Below the pieces are notes generated by a model. That model was not told the DNA's origin. It saw nothing but the letters and a program-made list of their open reading frames with translations, and did not search any database. From assembly GCA_951406725.2 (NCBI GenBank), contig OX597829.1, positions 558,001 through 622,000 of the forward strand: a DNA stretch of 64,000 nt. The letters run 5' to 3'. Both the position numbers and the translations under genes were made by a program. Shown here in pieces: positions 25,881-36,600 of the stretch. Source of the DNA: Octopus vulgaris (lineage: Eukaryota). Each line of letters opens with the position of its first letter. Position 1 is the first letter of the stretch.

Positions 25881-25924
25881 CCACTACAATCGTTTCATGT
25901 CTTCAAATGACAATCGTCAGGTGG
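25881..25924 (-). ncRNA. minimal type-I hammerhead ribozyme motif within an AT-rich PLE-like fragment (~25700-25950)
   Basis: Minus strand: CCAC-CTGACGA-T-TGTC-ATTTGAA-GACA-T-GAAA-C-GATT-G-TA-GTGG; stem I CCAC/GTGG, stem II TGTC/GACA, GUA cleavage triplet. Confidence 0.75.
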
Positions 25925-26184
25925 ATTTCCGATCTTCTATTCAGTTTTAATTTTTATATATATGTATGTATGTTTTCTCTTTCTGTTTTTAATTTAGTGT
26001 AAATTTTGATTGATCACAGTCTTGGTAGCAAGGTTGTGAAGAAAAGTATCAAGATTTAAATGTCATCTTTTAAATCTTTAGAAGGTCTTGTGGATTTCTA
26101 TGCTTCCAGATATCGTGATCATTTGTAGCATTTGAAATAAAGATTTGCATTCTCTTCTCAAGATTCCAAATTCAGCCATACTTT

Positions 26185-26353
26185 TCTTCCTCCATCTTCC
26201 CGTCTTTGGATCTTTCCTTTTCTTATGTTTCTCACGAAGAGCTCCGCTCGAAACGTTAAACCCTCCTTCTTTCCTGAGCGTCCAATAACACTATACTTGT
26301 TCCAAGTCCTCGTGTTGTGTTTTCTCTTTGTGTTTTCATGTTTGGATTAACTA
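26185..26353 (+). mobile_element. Penelope-like (pLTR) fragment with hammerhead motif
   Basis: GTTT-CTCACGA-A-GAGC-TCC-GCTC-GAAACGTT-AAAC at 26227-26261; collinear with 18520-18682; both end TTTGGATTAAC followed by a microsatellite. Confidence 0.65.
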
Positions 26354-26815
26354 TGTATGCATGTATGTATGTATGTATGCATGCATGTATGCATGTATGT
26401 ACGTATGTATGTATGTATGTATGTATGTATGTATGTATGTATGTATGTATGTGTGTATGTATGTATGTACGTATGAATGTATGTATGTATGTATGTATGT
26501 ATGCAAGTATGTATGTATGTGTGTATGTATGTATGTACGTATGAATGTATGTATGTATGTATGTATGCATGTATGTATGTATGTATGTATGTATGCATGT
26601 ATGTATGTATGTATGTATGCATGCATGTATGCATGTATGTACGTATGTATGTATGTATGTATGTATGTATGTACGTATGAATGTATGTATGTACGTATGT
26701 ATGTATGTATGTATGTGTGTGTATGTATGTATGTATGTATGTATGTATGTATGTATGTATGTATGCATGTATGTATGTATGTATGTATGTATGTATGTAT
26801 GCATGTATGTATGTA

Positions 26816-26851
<36 letters not shown>

Positions 26852-27143
26852 TGTATGTATGTATGTATGTATGTATGTATGTATGTATGTATGTATGTAT
26901 GTATGTATGTATGTATGTATGTATGTATGTATGTATGTATGTATGTATGTATGTATGTATGTATGTATGTATGTATGTATGTATGTATGTATGTATGTAT
27001 GTATGTATGTATGTATGTATGTATGTATGTATGTATGTATGTATGCATGCATGCATGTATGCATGTATGTATGTGTGTATGTATGTATGTATGTATGTAT
27101 GTATGTATGTATGTGTATATGTATGTATGTATGTATGTATGTA
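26353..27143. repeat. (TATG)n microsatellite, ~790 bp
   Basis: Directly visible. Confidence 0.97.
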
Positions 27144-27584
27144 AAGTCTGACCAGAAAAATCTCATACTTAAGTTAGTTATTCTGTACACTCAGTTGATA
27201 TCGAAAGAATGAATAGCGAAGCCATTGCCAGCTAGATTTTAAACTGGAAACTGTAATGGTAACGACTCAGAAAATATAATAAATACAACGAAAAAGAAAC
27301 GTCAATAACATAGAATACGTAAGAAAATTGTAATTATAGAAGCTATCATAAACAGCTGACTGATTTAGTTTGAGTGCTTGGCAAGAACATTTCAAATATA
27401 TTGGGAGAAAAACTCTTTACCTATATTTGTATTTGTTGAAAAACATTGCAATGCTAGACACAATATGTACGCGATTCTTGGCTGAAAAATAAAATCCTCT
27501 ATTCCCACACCATCAGCAATTTCGAGTGGAAGAGTCCGATCTTGCGACAAATCAGCCCAATCTTACTCCTTCACAAATCCACGT

Positions 27585-27995
<411 letters not shown>

Positions 27996-28128
27996 TATGT
28001 ATTTGTATATATATATATATATATTTTTACATATCAATACATATATATGTGTGTGTGTATGTATATTGATGTAACTATGCATATCTTTATGTTTTTCTAA
28101 ATCTACAGCAATGTATAATTTTATACAC

Positions 28129-28172
<44 letters not shown>

Positions 28173-29099
28173 GACACAGATACATACATACACTCGCGTA
28201 TATAATGTTCATATGGTTGTATGTGTGAATGTTTTTCCACATTTTTTTATTCTTCAGTAACACACAACCTTATACAATTTAATTATATAGGTTGAAAATA
28301 GGAAGCGTTATAAAGATATTCATTGTATTTCGGTTTTGCTCTTTTTTTTTTTTTTTTACCATTATTCTGCTTTCTGTATTCCACAAAGTTCTCTCTATTT
28401 TCATCAACCACCCCAAATTTTTTTTTTTTTTTTTCACACTTTAAATTTTTCGCCTCATCGCTTTCTTTCCCATAAATAATTTTACTTCTCTTTCCTTTGC
28501 ATCAAATAGCCAGTCTTTTATTACACAGTTACTATTGTATTTTTATATACCCTTCACTGTATGTCTATATAAGACTTTCTCTATACTTGTGCACACTGGT
28601 TTTATATCAATCTGTCATCTGGCAAGTTTCTTAAAGTGAGAGTTGAACTCTTGTCTGACTCAATACCGAAAGTCTTTTATCCATCCATGTTTATTATCAT
28701 TTCATTCACGTCACACGATTCTCTTCAGAATAACCCGGCTAATTTCTGCATTCCATTTTAGTCTCTTGACATTCGATTTCCAATAGAAGTTTTGTAAAGT
28801 CTAATCCGAACTTTTTTTTTCACTTCCAAACGTACATCCTACCTCCACGTTGTTAGATACTAAAATAAGTCAAATGTAATAGTAGTTGTGCGTAACAACA
28901 TTGAGAGAAGGCTTGGTGTTGGACTGACAAGCATAAATCACGGGTTCAAATCCATGAGCGGGTGGCACGATGTTTCTTTGAGCATCACGCTTAATAATAT
29001 CGTTGTTCCACAGTGTAGCTATCTGAAAGTGAGTACTATCCATGAACTGGTACAACCATCTCTCCCACCAGGGAGAGAGGGCTCTACCAGTTCTTGGGT

Positions 29100-29581
29100 C
29101 AGTGGTTCATATGAACCTTGGGGTCCACATAAGATTTTGTTGCTAAAATTTATTTGGGATCTTTTCCCTTTGACCGGCAGATTTTTAAAATAATTTCTTT
29201 GTAACTAAACACTTTTAAACTTCGTATACTGGTAGAATGTATTACATAAAACATCTTTTTCTCTTGACTTTCTTGAGAAAATTCTGTAGTTTGTAAGCTA
29301 TTTGTTGTTTAATTTCTTGCATTTCGGCAATTTCAACCAATCAATGACGTCTATTGAGGTGAATACAATTTCCCCGGATTTTTGTCAACAACAATTATTT
29401 GCGGTCAAATAACAAACAAATAAAAGAATAACAAAATATTTTAACAGTTTTTTTTAAATATAATTTCTTAATAATATTTAATTATAAAAAATATAATAGG
29501 ATTTCTTAAACATTGAACAGCAATGTGGTTTCGTCTGTATAAAATAGGTATCAAAGGGCAAAAAATGGTTGAGAACCACTG
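29100..29581. mobile_element. hAT-superfamily MITE with 8-bp TSD
   Basis: Termini CAGTGGTTC and GAACCACTG; perfect TSD TCTTGGGT at 29092-29099 and 29582-29589. Confidence 0.85.
29156..29375. mobile_element. partial copy of the 12571 MITE nested in the hAT MITE
   Basis: GGGATCTTTTCCCTTTGACCGGCAG...CTAAACACTTTTAAACTTCGTATACTGGTAGAATG...CAACCAATCAATGACGTCTATTGAGGT matches 12571-12985. Confidence 0.8.
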
Positions 29582-29589
29582 TCTTGGGT

Positions 29590-29905
29590 GTTTTGCCGTT
29601 ACGTTCTAAGTTCAAATTCCGCTGTGGTCGACTTTGACTTTCATCCTTTTGGGGTCAATAAATTAAGTACCAGTTACGCACTGGGTTCGATGTAATCGAC
29701 TTAGTCCGTTTGTCTGTCCTTGTTTGTCCTCTCTGTGTTCAGCTCCTTGTGGGTAATAAAGAAATAGGTATTTCGTCTGTCTTTACGTTCTGAGTTGAAA
29801 TTCCGCCGAGGTTGACGTTACCTGTCATTCTTTCGGGTTCTATAAATTAAATACCAGTTGCGTACAAAAATTTCAGTCCTTTTGCCAAGAGTAGAAAAGA
29901 GTATA
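29590..29905 (+). mobile_element. SINE D2 body joined to D1 body
   Basis: Junction GAAATA|GGTATTTCGTCTGTCTTTACG at ~29761-29790; ends AGTAGAAAAGAG. Confidence 0.8.
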
Positions 29906-30017
29906 ATCGGACAAGTTTAATAGTCGTGGTGGTGGTCGTGGTCATAGTCGTCGCCATCATCATCAGCATCGTCATGCAGCATCCTTACAAACCAGACTGT
30001 ATACAGAAAACGGAATT

Positions 30018-30335
30018 GTGCGTAGCTTAATGATTAGGGTATTCGGTTCAAGAACGTAAGGTCGTGAGATCGATTCCCGTCGGAGCGTTGCATCCTTGAG
30101 CAAGATACTTTATTTCACGTTGCTCCAGTCCACTCAGCTGGCAAAAATGAGTAGTAGTACATGTAATTCAAAGGGCCACCGTTGTTAAGTTCTGTTTCAT
30201 GCTGAATAACCCTGAAACCTCCGTTAAGGGCACACGTGTCTGTGGAGTTGTCAGCCACTTGAACGTTAATTTCGCAAGCAGGCTGTTCCGTTGATCGGAA
30301 TAATGAATCTCTCGTCGTCGAACCGACAGAGGTCT
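30018..30335 (+). mobile_element. tRNA-derived SINE family F
   Basis: TAGCTTAATGATTAG (A box-like), GAGATCGATTCCC (B box-like), CCTTGAGCAAGATACTTT and CCACTCAGCTG core motifs; fragments at ~8690-8765 and 24683-24812. Confidence 0.7.
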
Positions 30336-30376
30336 AGGTATACAGAGAATAGTGTTTATAGAAAAGCATGTATGTA

Positions 30377-30414
<38 letters not shown>

Positions 30415-30445
30415 GAATATATGTTTGTAGAATAGCATGTATGTA

Positions 30446-30486
30446 GAATAGTGTGGACGTAGAACACAATATACATATATGTACGC

Positions 30487-30520
<34 letters not shown>

Positions 30521-30624
30521 GCATAACACGCATATATTTTTATATAATATATATATATATATTATATGTGTGTATATATATACACGCACATATGTGTATA
30601 TTGTGTTCTACATCCACACTATTC
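30446..30624. repeat. inverted repeat, ~50-bp arms around a (TA)n-rich spacer
   Basis: GAATAGTGTGGACGTAGAACACAATATAC... and ...GTATATTGTGTTCTACATCCACACTATTC. Confidence 0.85.
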
Positions 30625-30744
30625 CACATGGAATCTTACATATATACCATTCTACCTAAAAAAATGGATTTCCAACTTCAATACCCATACATATCTTGCA
30701 TCTATTTTCTTTCCTCCACCTCACTCTCTATTTTGTATCACATC

Positions 30745-31172
30745 TGTATTACGTTCTGAGTTCAAATTCCGCCGAGATCGACTTTGCCTTTCATCCTTTC
30801 GGGGTCGATAAATTAAGTACCAGTTACGCACTGGGGTCGATGTAATAGACTTAATCCCTTTCTCTGTCCTTGTTTGTCCCCTCTGTGTTTAGCCCCTTGT
30901 CGGTAGTAATAGAAATATATTATCTATTGCTCATTCTTATTGGAAGGTGGTAAGCTGGCAGAAACGTTAGCACGCCGGGCGAAATGCTTTGCGGTATTTC
31001 GTCTGCCGTTACGTTCGGAGTTCAAATTACGCCGAGGTCGACTTTACCTTTCATCCTTTCGGGGTCGATAAATTAAGTACCAATTGCGCACTGGGGTCGA
31101 TGTAATAGACTTAATCCGTTTGTCTGTCCTTGTTTGTCCTCCCCGCGTTTAGCCCCTTGTGGGTAGTAAAAA
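30745..31172 (+). mobile_element. two tandem SINE D2 copies (30745-30918 truncated; 30944-31172 full)
   Basis: Collinear with 14787-15017. Confidence 0.9.
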
Positions 31173-31837
31173 AAAAAGGTTTATCAAAGGCTAAACAACA
31201 ACAGCTGCAACAAAATTATGGAGCTAATATATACAAATCTGCAATAGCCTGTCACGCCCCAGCAATTACCTTCATGTTCCTTGATGGTAGATAAGTAGGT
31301 AATTACAACAACGGTAATCTTTCAGTATTTGTCTGAGATCACAACACAACACCATTTACACGATATGAGCAGGAGACTTTTTCAGCCTTGAGTTTGTGAG
31401 GTTTTTCTCATTTCACACACGGACTTCTTGAAACGGTTTTGTTGGGTTTAAGAAAATGCTGTGTCGGTGACGGTTTACCCTTATTTATAAATAGGCGTTC
31501 TACGTATTATAAATTGTCTTTAGACAGAAACCATTAAATCGTGTGGGCAACACCGGTGAAGTTTGCCATTATGAAGCAATACGCTGTTTGACGAAAGATA
31601 TACGAAGGACGTTTCCTGTCGCCTTCACAATTTATGGCCAACCGTACATGCTAATGAAACGGTGTTGTGTACTTCTAAACGGCACCGTTTTGTAAATTGG
31701 TACATTGAAAGATTGATGGCCCAAGTACCTTTGTTAAATAAGGAACTCGATGAAAAAGAATATGCATACATATATATATCTGTGTGTGTGTGTGTGAGAG
31801 AGAGAGAGAGTGTGTGTGTGTGTGTGAGAGAGAGAGA

Positions 31838-31870
<33 letters not shown>

Positions 31871-31914
31871 TGTGTGTGTGTGTGTGTGTGTGTAGGCTAC
31901 ATATATTACATATG

Positions 31915-32002
31915 GCTTACGGCCATATCACATTGAAAGCACCGGTTCTCGTCCGATCACCGAAGTTAAGCAACGTCGAGCCTAATTAGTACTTAGATGT
32001 GT
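31915..32002 (+). pseudogene. 5S rRNA-derived sequence (first ~88 nt), 3' truncated
   Basis: GCTTACGGCCATATCACATTGAAAGCACCGGTTCTCGTCCGATCACCGAAGTTAAGCAACGTCGAGCCTAATTAGTACTTAGATG matches the invertebrate 5S consensus from nt 1; last ~30 nt absent. Confidence 0.9.
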
Positions 32003-32395
32003 GGAAAGAAGCTTGCTTCCCAACCATATGGTTCCGAGTTCAGTCCCACTGCATAGCACGGTGAACAAGTGTCTTCTGCTGTAGCCTCGGGCTGACCAAA
32101 GCCTTGTGAGTGGATTTGGTAGATAGAAACTGAAAGCTCGTCATATATATATGCGTTTGTGTGTGTGTGTGTTTGTGCATATATTTAGGGGTATGTCTTT
32201 GTATCTGTGTCCCGCTTCCATCGCTTGACAACCGATGTCGGTGTGTTTACGTCTCTGTAACATAGCATTTCGGCAAAAGAGACCGATAAAGTAAATACTA
32301 AGCTTACAAAGAATAAGTTCTGGTATTGATTTCTTCGACTAAAAGGCGGTGCTCCAGCATGGTCACAGTCCAGTGACTGAAACAAGTAAAATTAA
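31998..32395 (+). mobile_element. SINE family C body fused to the 5S fragment
   Basis: TGTGTGGAAAGAAGCTTGCTTCCCAACC... to ...GTGACTGAAACAAGTAAAA; lacks the first ~15 nt of the family head. Confidence 0.9.
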
Positions 32396-32576
32396 AACAA
32401 TAAAGTCATGAAATTGAATAAAATAAAAAAAAAAGAACTTTAAAATTAATTCCAGATATTCATGGCGACTTGTATTCTAAGACGGTGTGAGGATTTCATA
32501 GAATGGGAGGGAAGGACCTGCCGGAGAGTGTGGTTCCAGTGCTGAATCCCAGAGTCTGGGGAGTAGTGGTAGTTGA

Positions 32577-32846
32577 AGGCGGCGAGCTGGCAGAAATGTT
32601 AGCACGCCGGGCGAAATGCGCAGCCGTATTTCGTCTGCCGTTACGTTCTGAGTTCAAATTCCGCAGAGGTCGACTTTGCCTTTCATCATTTCGGGGTCGA
32701 TAAATTAAGTACCAGTTACGCACTGGGGTCGATGTAATCGACTCAATCCGTTTGTCTGTCCTTGTTTGTTCTCTCTGTGTTTAGCCCCTTGTGGGTAGTA
32801 AAGAAATAGGTATTTCGTCTGTCTTTACGTTCTGAGTTGAAATTTG
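32577..32846 (+). mobile_element. SINE D2 plus start of a second (D1-type) body
   Basis: Full D2 followed by GGTATTTCGTCTGTCTTTACGTTCTGAGTTGAAATT. Confidence 0.9.
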
Positions 32847-32880
32847 CCATGAGAACGGGCATATCCATCCCAATGGCTTC

Positions 32881-33144
32881 TAGTGGATCTCAACAGGCCC
32901 TTCTGGGGTTAATATAAGGTTTTGTAGATAAAAAATGATTATATTATATTTGTTGCAAAAAAGTTGATTTTATTTCTACAAGACACAAAATATTTTAACA
33001 TTTTTTTGAAAACAATTCCTAATAATATTTAATTATAAAAATATATTACGCTTTGTTTAAACATCGAATGGCTAGGGAGGTGCATCCAAGTAAATTAGGA
33101 ATTGAAGAGGTCCATATGTAGAAAAAGATGGTTGACAACCAACT
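32881..33144. mobile_element. hAT-like MITE, degenerate relative of 29100
   Basis: TAGTGGATCTCAAC start, TAATAATATTTAATTATAAAAATAT shared with ~29470, ATGGTTGACAACC end. Confidence 0.65.
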
Positions 33145-33149
33145 TTCGT

Positions 33150-33545
33150 TCGTTCGTTTGATCGTTTGTTCCTTCCTTCATTCATTTCCTTCCTTCTTTC
33201 CTTCCTTCCATACTTCCTTACCTAATTACTAAATTACTCCCTTATTTCCTTCTTTCCTTCATACCTTCCATACTTACTTACTCCCTTCTTTCTTTCCTTC
33301 CTTCATTCATTTTTCTCCCTCCCTCTCTTTTTCCTTCCTCTCTTCCTTCCTTCCTTCATTCCTTCCTTCCTTACTTACTTACTTTCTTACCTACTTATTC
33401 CCTTCCTACCTACCTTCCTTCTTTCGCCTTCCCTCATTCATTCCCTCCCCCTTCCTCCCTTCTTTCTTTCCTTGCACCCACTTGCTTTCCTCCCTACCTT
33501 CCTTCCTTCCTTCCTTCCTCCCTCCCTCCCTCACTTCCATCATTC
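33150..33545. repeat. degenerate (CCTT)n polypyrimidine tract
   Basis: Directly visible. Confidence 0.9.
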
Positions 33546-33610
33546 ATTAATATTTTACGAGTAAAAATAAACGAATTAACAAATAACACCGAAATAAGGT
33601 CTACCTTTGT

Positions 33611-36600
33611 CTTAACACTCCATCAATAACCACTCCATCTTAACCACTCCATCTTAACCACTCCATCTTAACCACTCCACTCCATTAACAAATCCACCTT
33701 AACCACTCCATCTTAACCACTCCATCTTAACCACTCCATCCTTAACCACTCCATCTTAACCACTCCATCTTAACCACTCCATCTTAACCACTCCATCAAT
33801 AACCACTCCATCTTAACCACTCCATCTTATCCACTCCATCTTAACCACTCCATCTTAACCACTCCATCTTAACCACTCCATCTTAACCACTCCATCTTAC
33901 CCACTCCATCTTAACCACTCCATCTTAACCACTCCATCTTAACCACTCCATCAATAACCACTCCATCTTAACCACTCCATCAATAACCACTCCCGAAACT
34001 AAGGCTACCTTTGTCTTAACCACTCCATCAATAACCACTCCATCTTAACCACTCCATCTTAACCACTCCATCTTAACCACTCCACTCCATTAACCACTCC
34101 ATCTTAACCACTCCATCAAATCCACTCCATCTTAACCACTCCATCTTAACCACTCCATCTTAACCACTCCATCCATAAATCCATCTTAACCACTCCATCT
34201 TAACCACTCCATCTTAACCACTCCATAAATTAACCACTCCATCTTAACCACTCCATCAATAACCACTCCATCTTAACCACTCCATCTTAACCACTCCATC
34301 TTAACCACTCCATCTTAACCACTCCATCTTAACCACTCCATCTTAACCACTCCATCTTAACCACTCCATCTTAACCACTCCATCTTAACCACTCCATCTT
34401 AACCACTCCATCTTAACCACTCCATCTTAACCACTCCATCTTAACCACTCCATCTCAACCACTCCATCTTAACCACTCCATCTTAACCACTCCATCTTAA
34501 CCACTCCATCTTAACCACTCCATCAATAACCACTCCATCTTAACCACTCCATCTTAACCACTCCATCTTAACCACTCCATCTTAACCACTCCATCTTAAC
34601 CACTCCATCTTAACCACTCCATCAATAACCACTCCATCTTAACCACTCCATCTAACCACTCCATCTTAACCACTCCATCTTAACCACTCCATCTTAACCA
34701 CTCCATCAAACCATCTCCATCTTAACCACTCCATCTAACCACTCCATCTTAACCACTCCATCTAACCACCATCTCCATCCATCTTAACCACTCCATCTTA
34801 ACCACTCCATCTTAACCACTCCATCAAGAACCACTCCATCTTAACCACTCCATCTTAACCACTCCATCTTAACCACTCCATCTTAACCACTCCATCTTAA
34901 CCACTCCATCTTAACCACTCCCATCACTCCATCTTAACCACTCCATCTTAACCACTCCATCTTAACCACTCCATCTTAACCACTCCATCTTAACCACTCC
35001 ATCTTAACCACTCCATCTTAACCACTCCATCAATAACCACTCCATCTTAACCACTCCATCTTAACCACTCCATCTTAACCACTCCATCACCATCTTAACC
35101 ACTCCATCTTAACCACTCCATCCTTAACCACTCCATCTTAACCACTCCATCTTAACCACTCCATAACCACTCCATCTTAACCACTCCATCTTAACCACTC
35201 CATCAATAACCACTCCATCTTAACCACTCCATCTTAACCACTCCATCTTAACCACTCCATCAATAACCACTCCATCTTAACCACTCCATCTTAACCACTC
35301 CATCTTAACCACTCCATCTTAACCACTCCATCTTAACCACTCCTTAACCACTCCATCTTAACCACTCCATCTTAACCACTCATCATCTTAACCACTCCAT
35401 CTTAACCATCAATAACCACTCCATCTAACCACTCCATCTTAACCACTCCATCAATAACCACTCCATCTTAACCACTCCATCAATAACCACTCCATCTTAA
35501 CCACTCCATCATTAACCACTCCATCTTAACCACTCCATCTTAACCACTCCATCTTAACCACTCCATCTTAACCACTCCATCTTAACCACTCCATCTTAAC
35601 CACTCCATCTTAACCACTCCATCTTAACCACTCCATCTTAACCACTCCATCTTAACCACTCCATCATAACCACTCCATCATAACCACTCCATCTTAACCA
35701 CTCCATCAATAACCACTCCATCTTAACCACTCCATCTTAACCACTCCATCAATAACCACTCCATCTTAACCACTCCATCTTAACCACTCCATCTTAACCA
35801 CTCCATCAATAACCACTCCATCTTAACCACTCCATCTTAACCACTCCATCTTAACCACTCCATCTTAACCACTCCATCTTAACCACTCCATCAATAACCA
35901 CTCCATCTTAACCACTCCATCAATAACCACTCCATCTTAACCACTCCATCTTAACCACTCCATCTTAACCACTCCATCAATAACCACTCCATCTTAACCA
36001 CTCCATCTTAACCACTCCATCTTAACCACTCCATCTTAACCACTCCATCAATAACCACTCCATCTTAACCACTCCATCAATAACCACTCCATCTTAACCA
36101 CTCCATCTTAACCACTCCATCTTAACCACTCCATCTTAACCACTCCATCAATAACCACTCCATCTTAACCACTCCATCTTAACCACTCCATCTTAACCAC
36201 TCCATCTTAACCACTCCATCTTAACCACTCCATCAATAACCACTCCATCTTAACCACTCCATCAACCACTCCATCTTAACCACTCCATCTTAACCACTCC
36301 ATCTTAACCACTCCATCTTAACCACTCCATCTTAACCACTCCATCTTAACCACTCCATCTTAACCACTCCATCAATAACCACTCCATCTTAACCACTCCA
36401 TCTTAACCACTCCATCAACCACTCCATCTTAACCACTCCATCTTAACCACTCCATCTTAACCACTCCATCTTAACCACTCCATCTTAACCACTCCATCTT
36501 AATCACTCCATCTTAACCACTCCATCTTAACCACTCCATCTTAACCACTCCATCTTAACCACTCCATCTTAACCACTCCATCTTAACCACTCCATCTTAA

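Noticed and set aside
31915-32035. Functional 5S rRNA gene
   Set aside because: Last ~30 nt and terminator absent, not in a tandem array, and fused to a SINE
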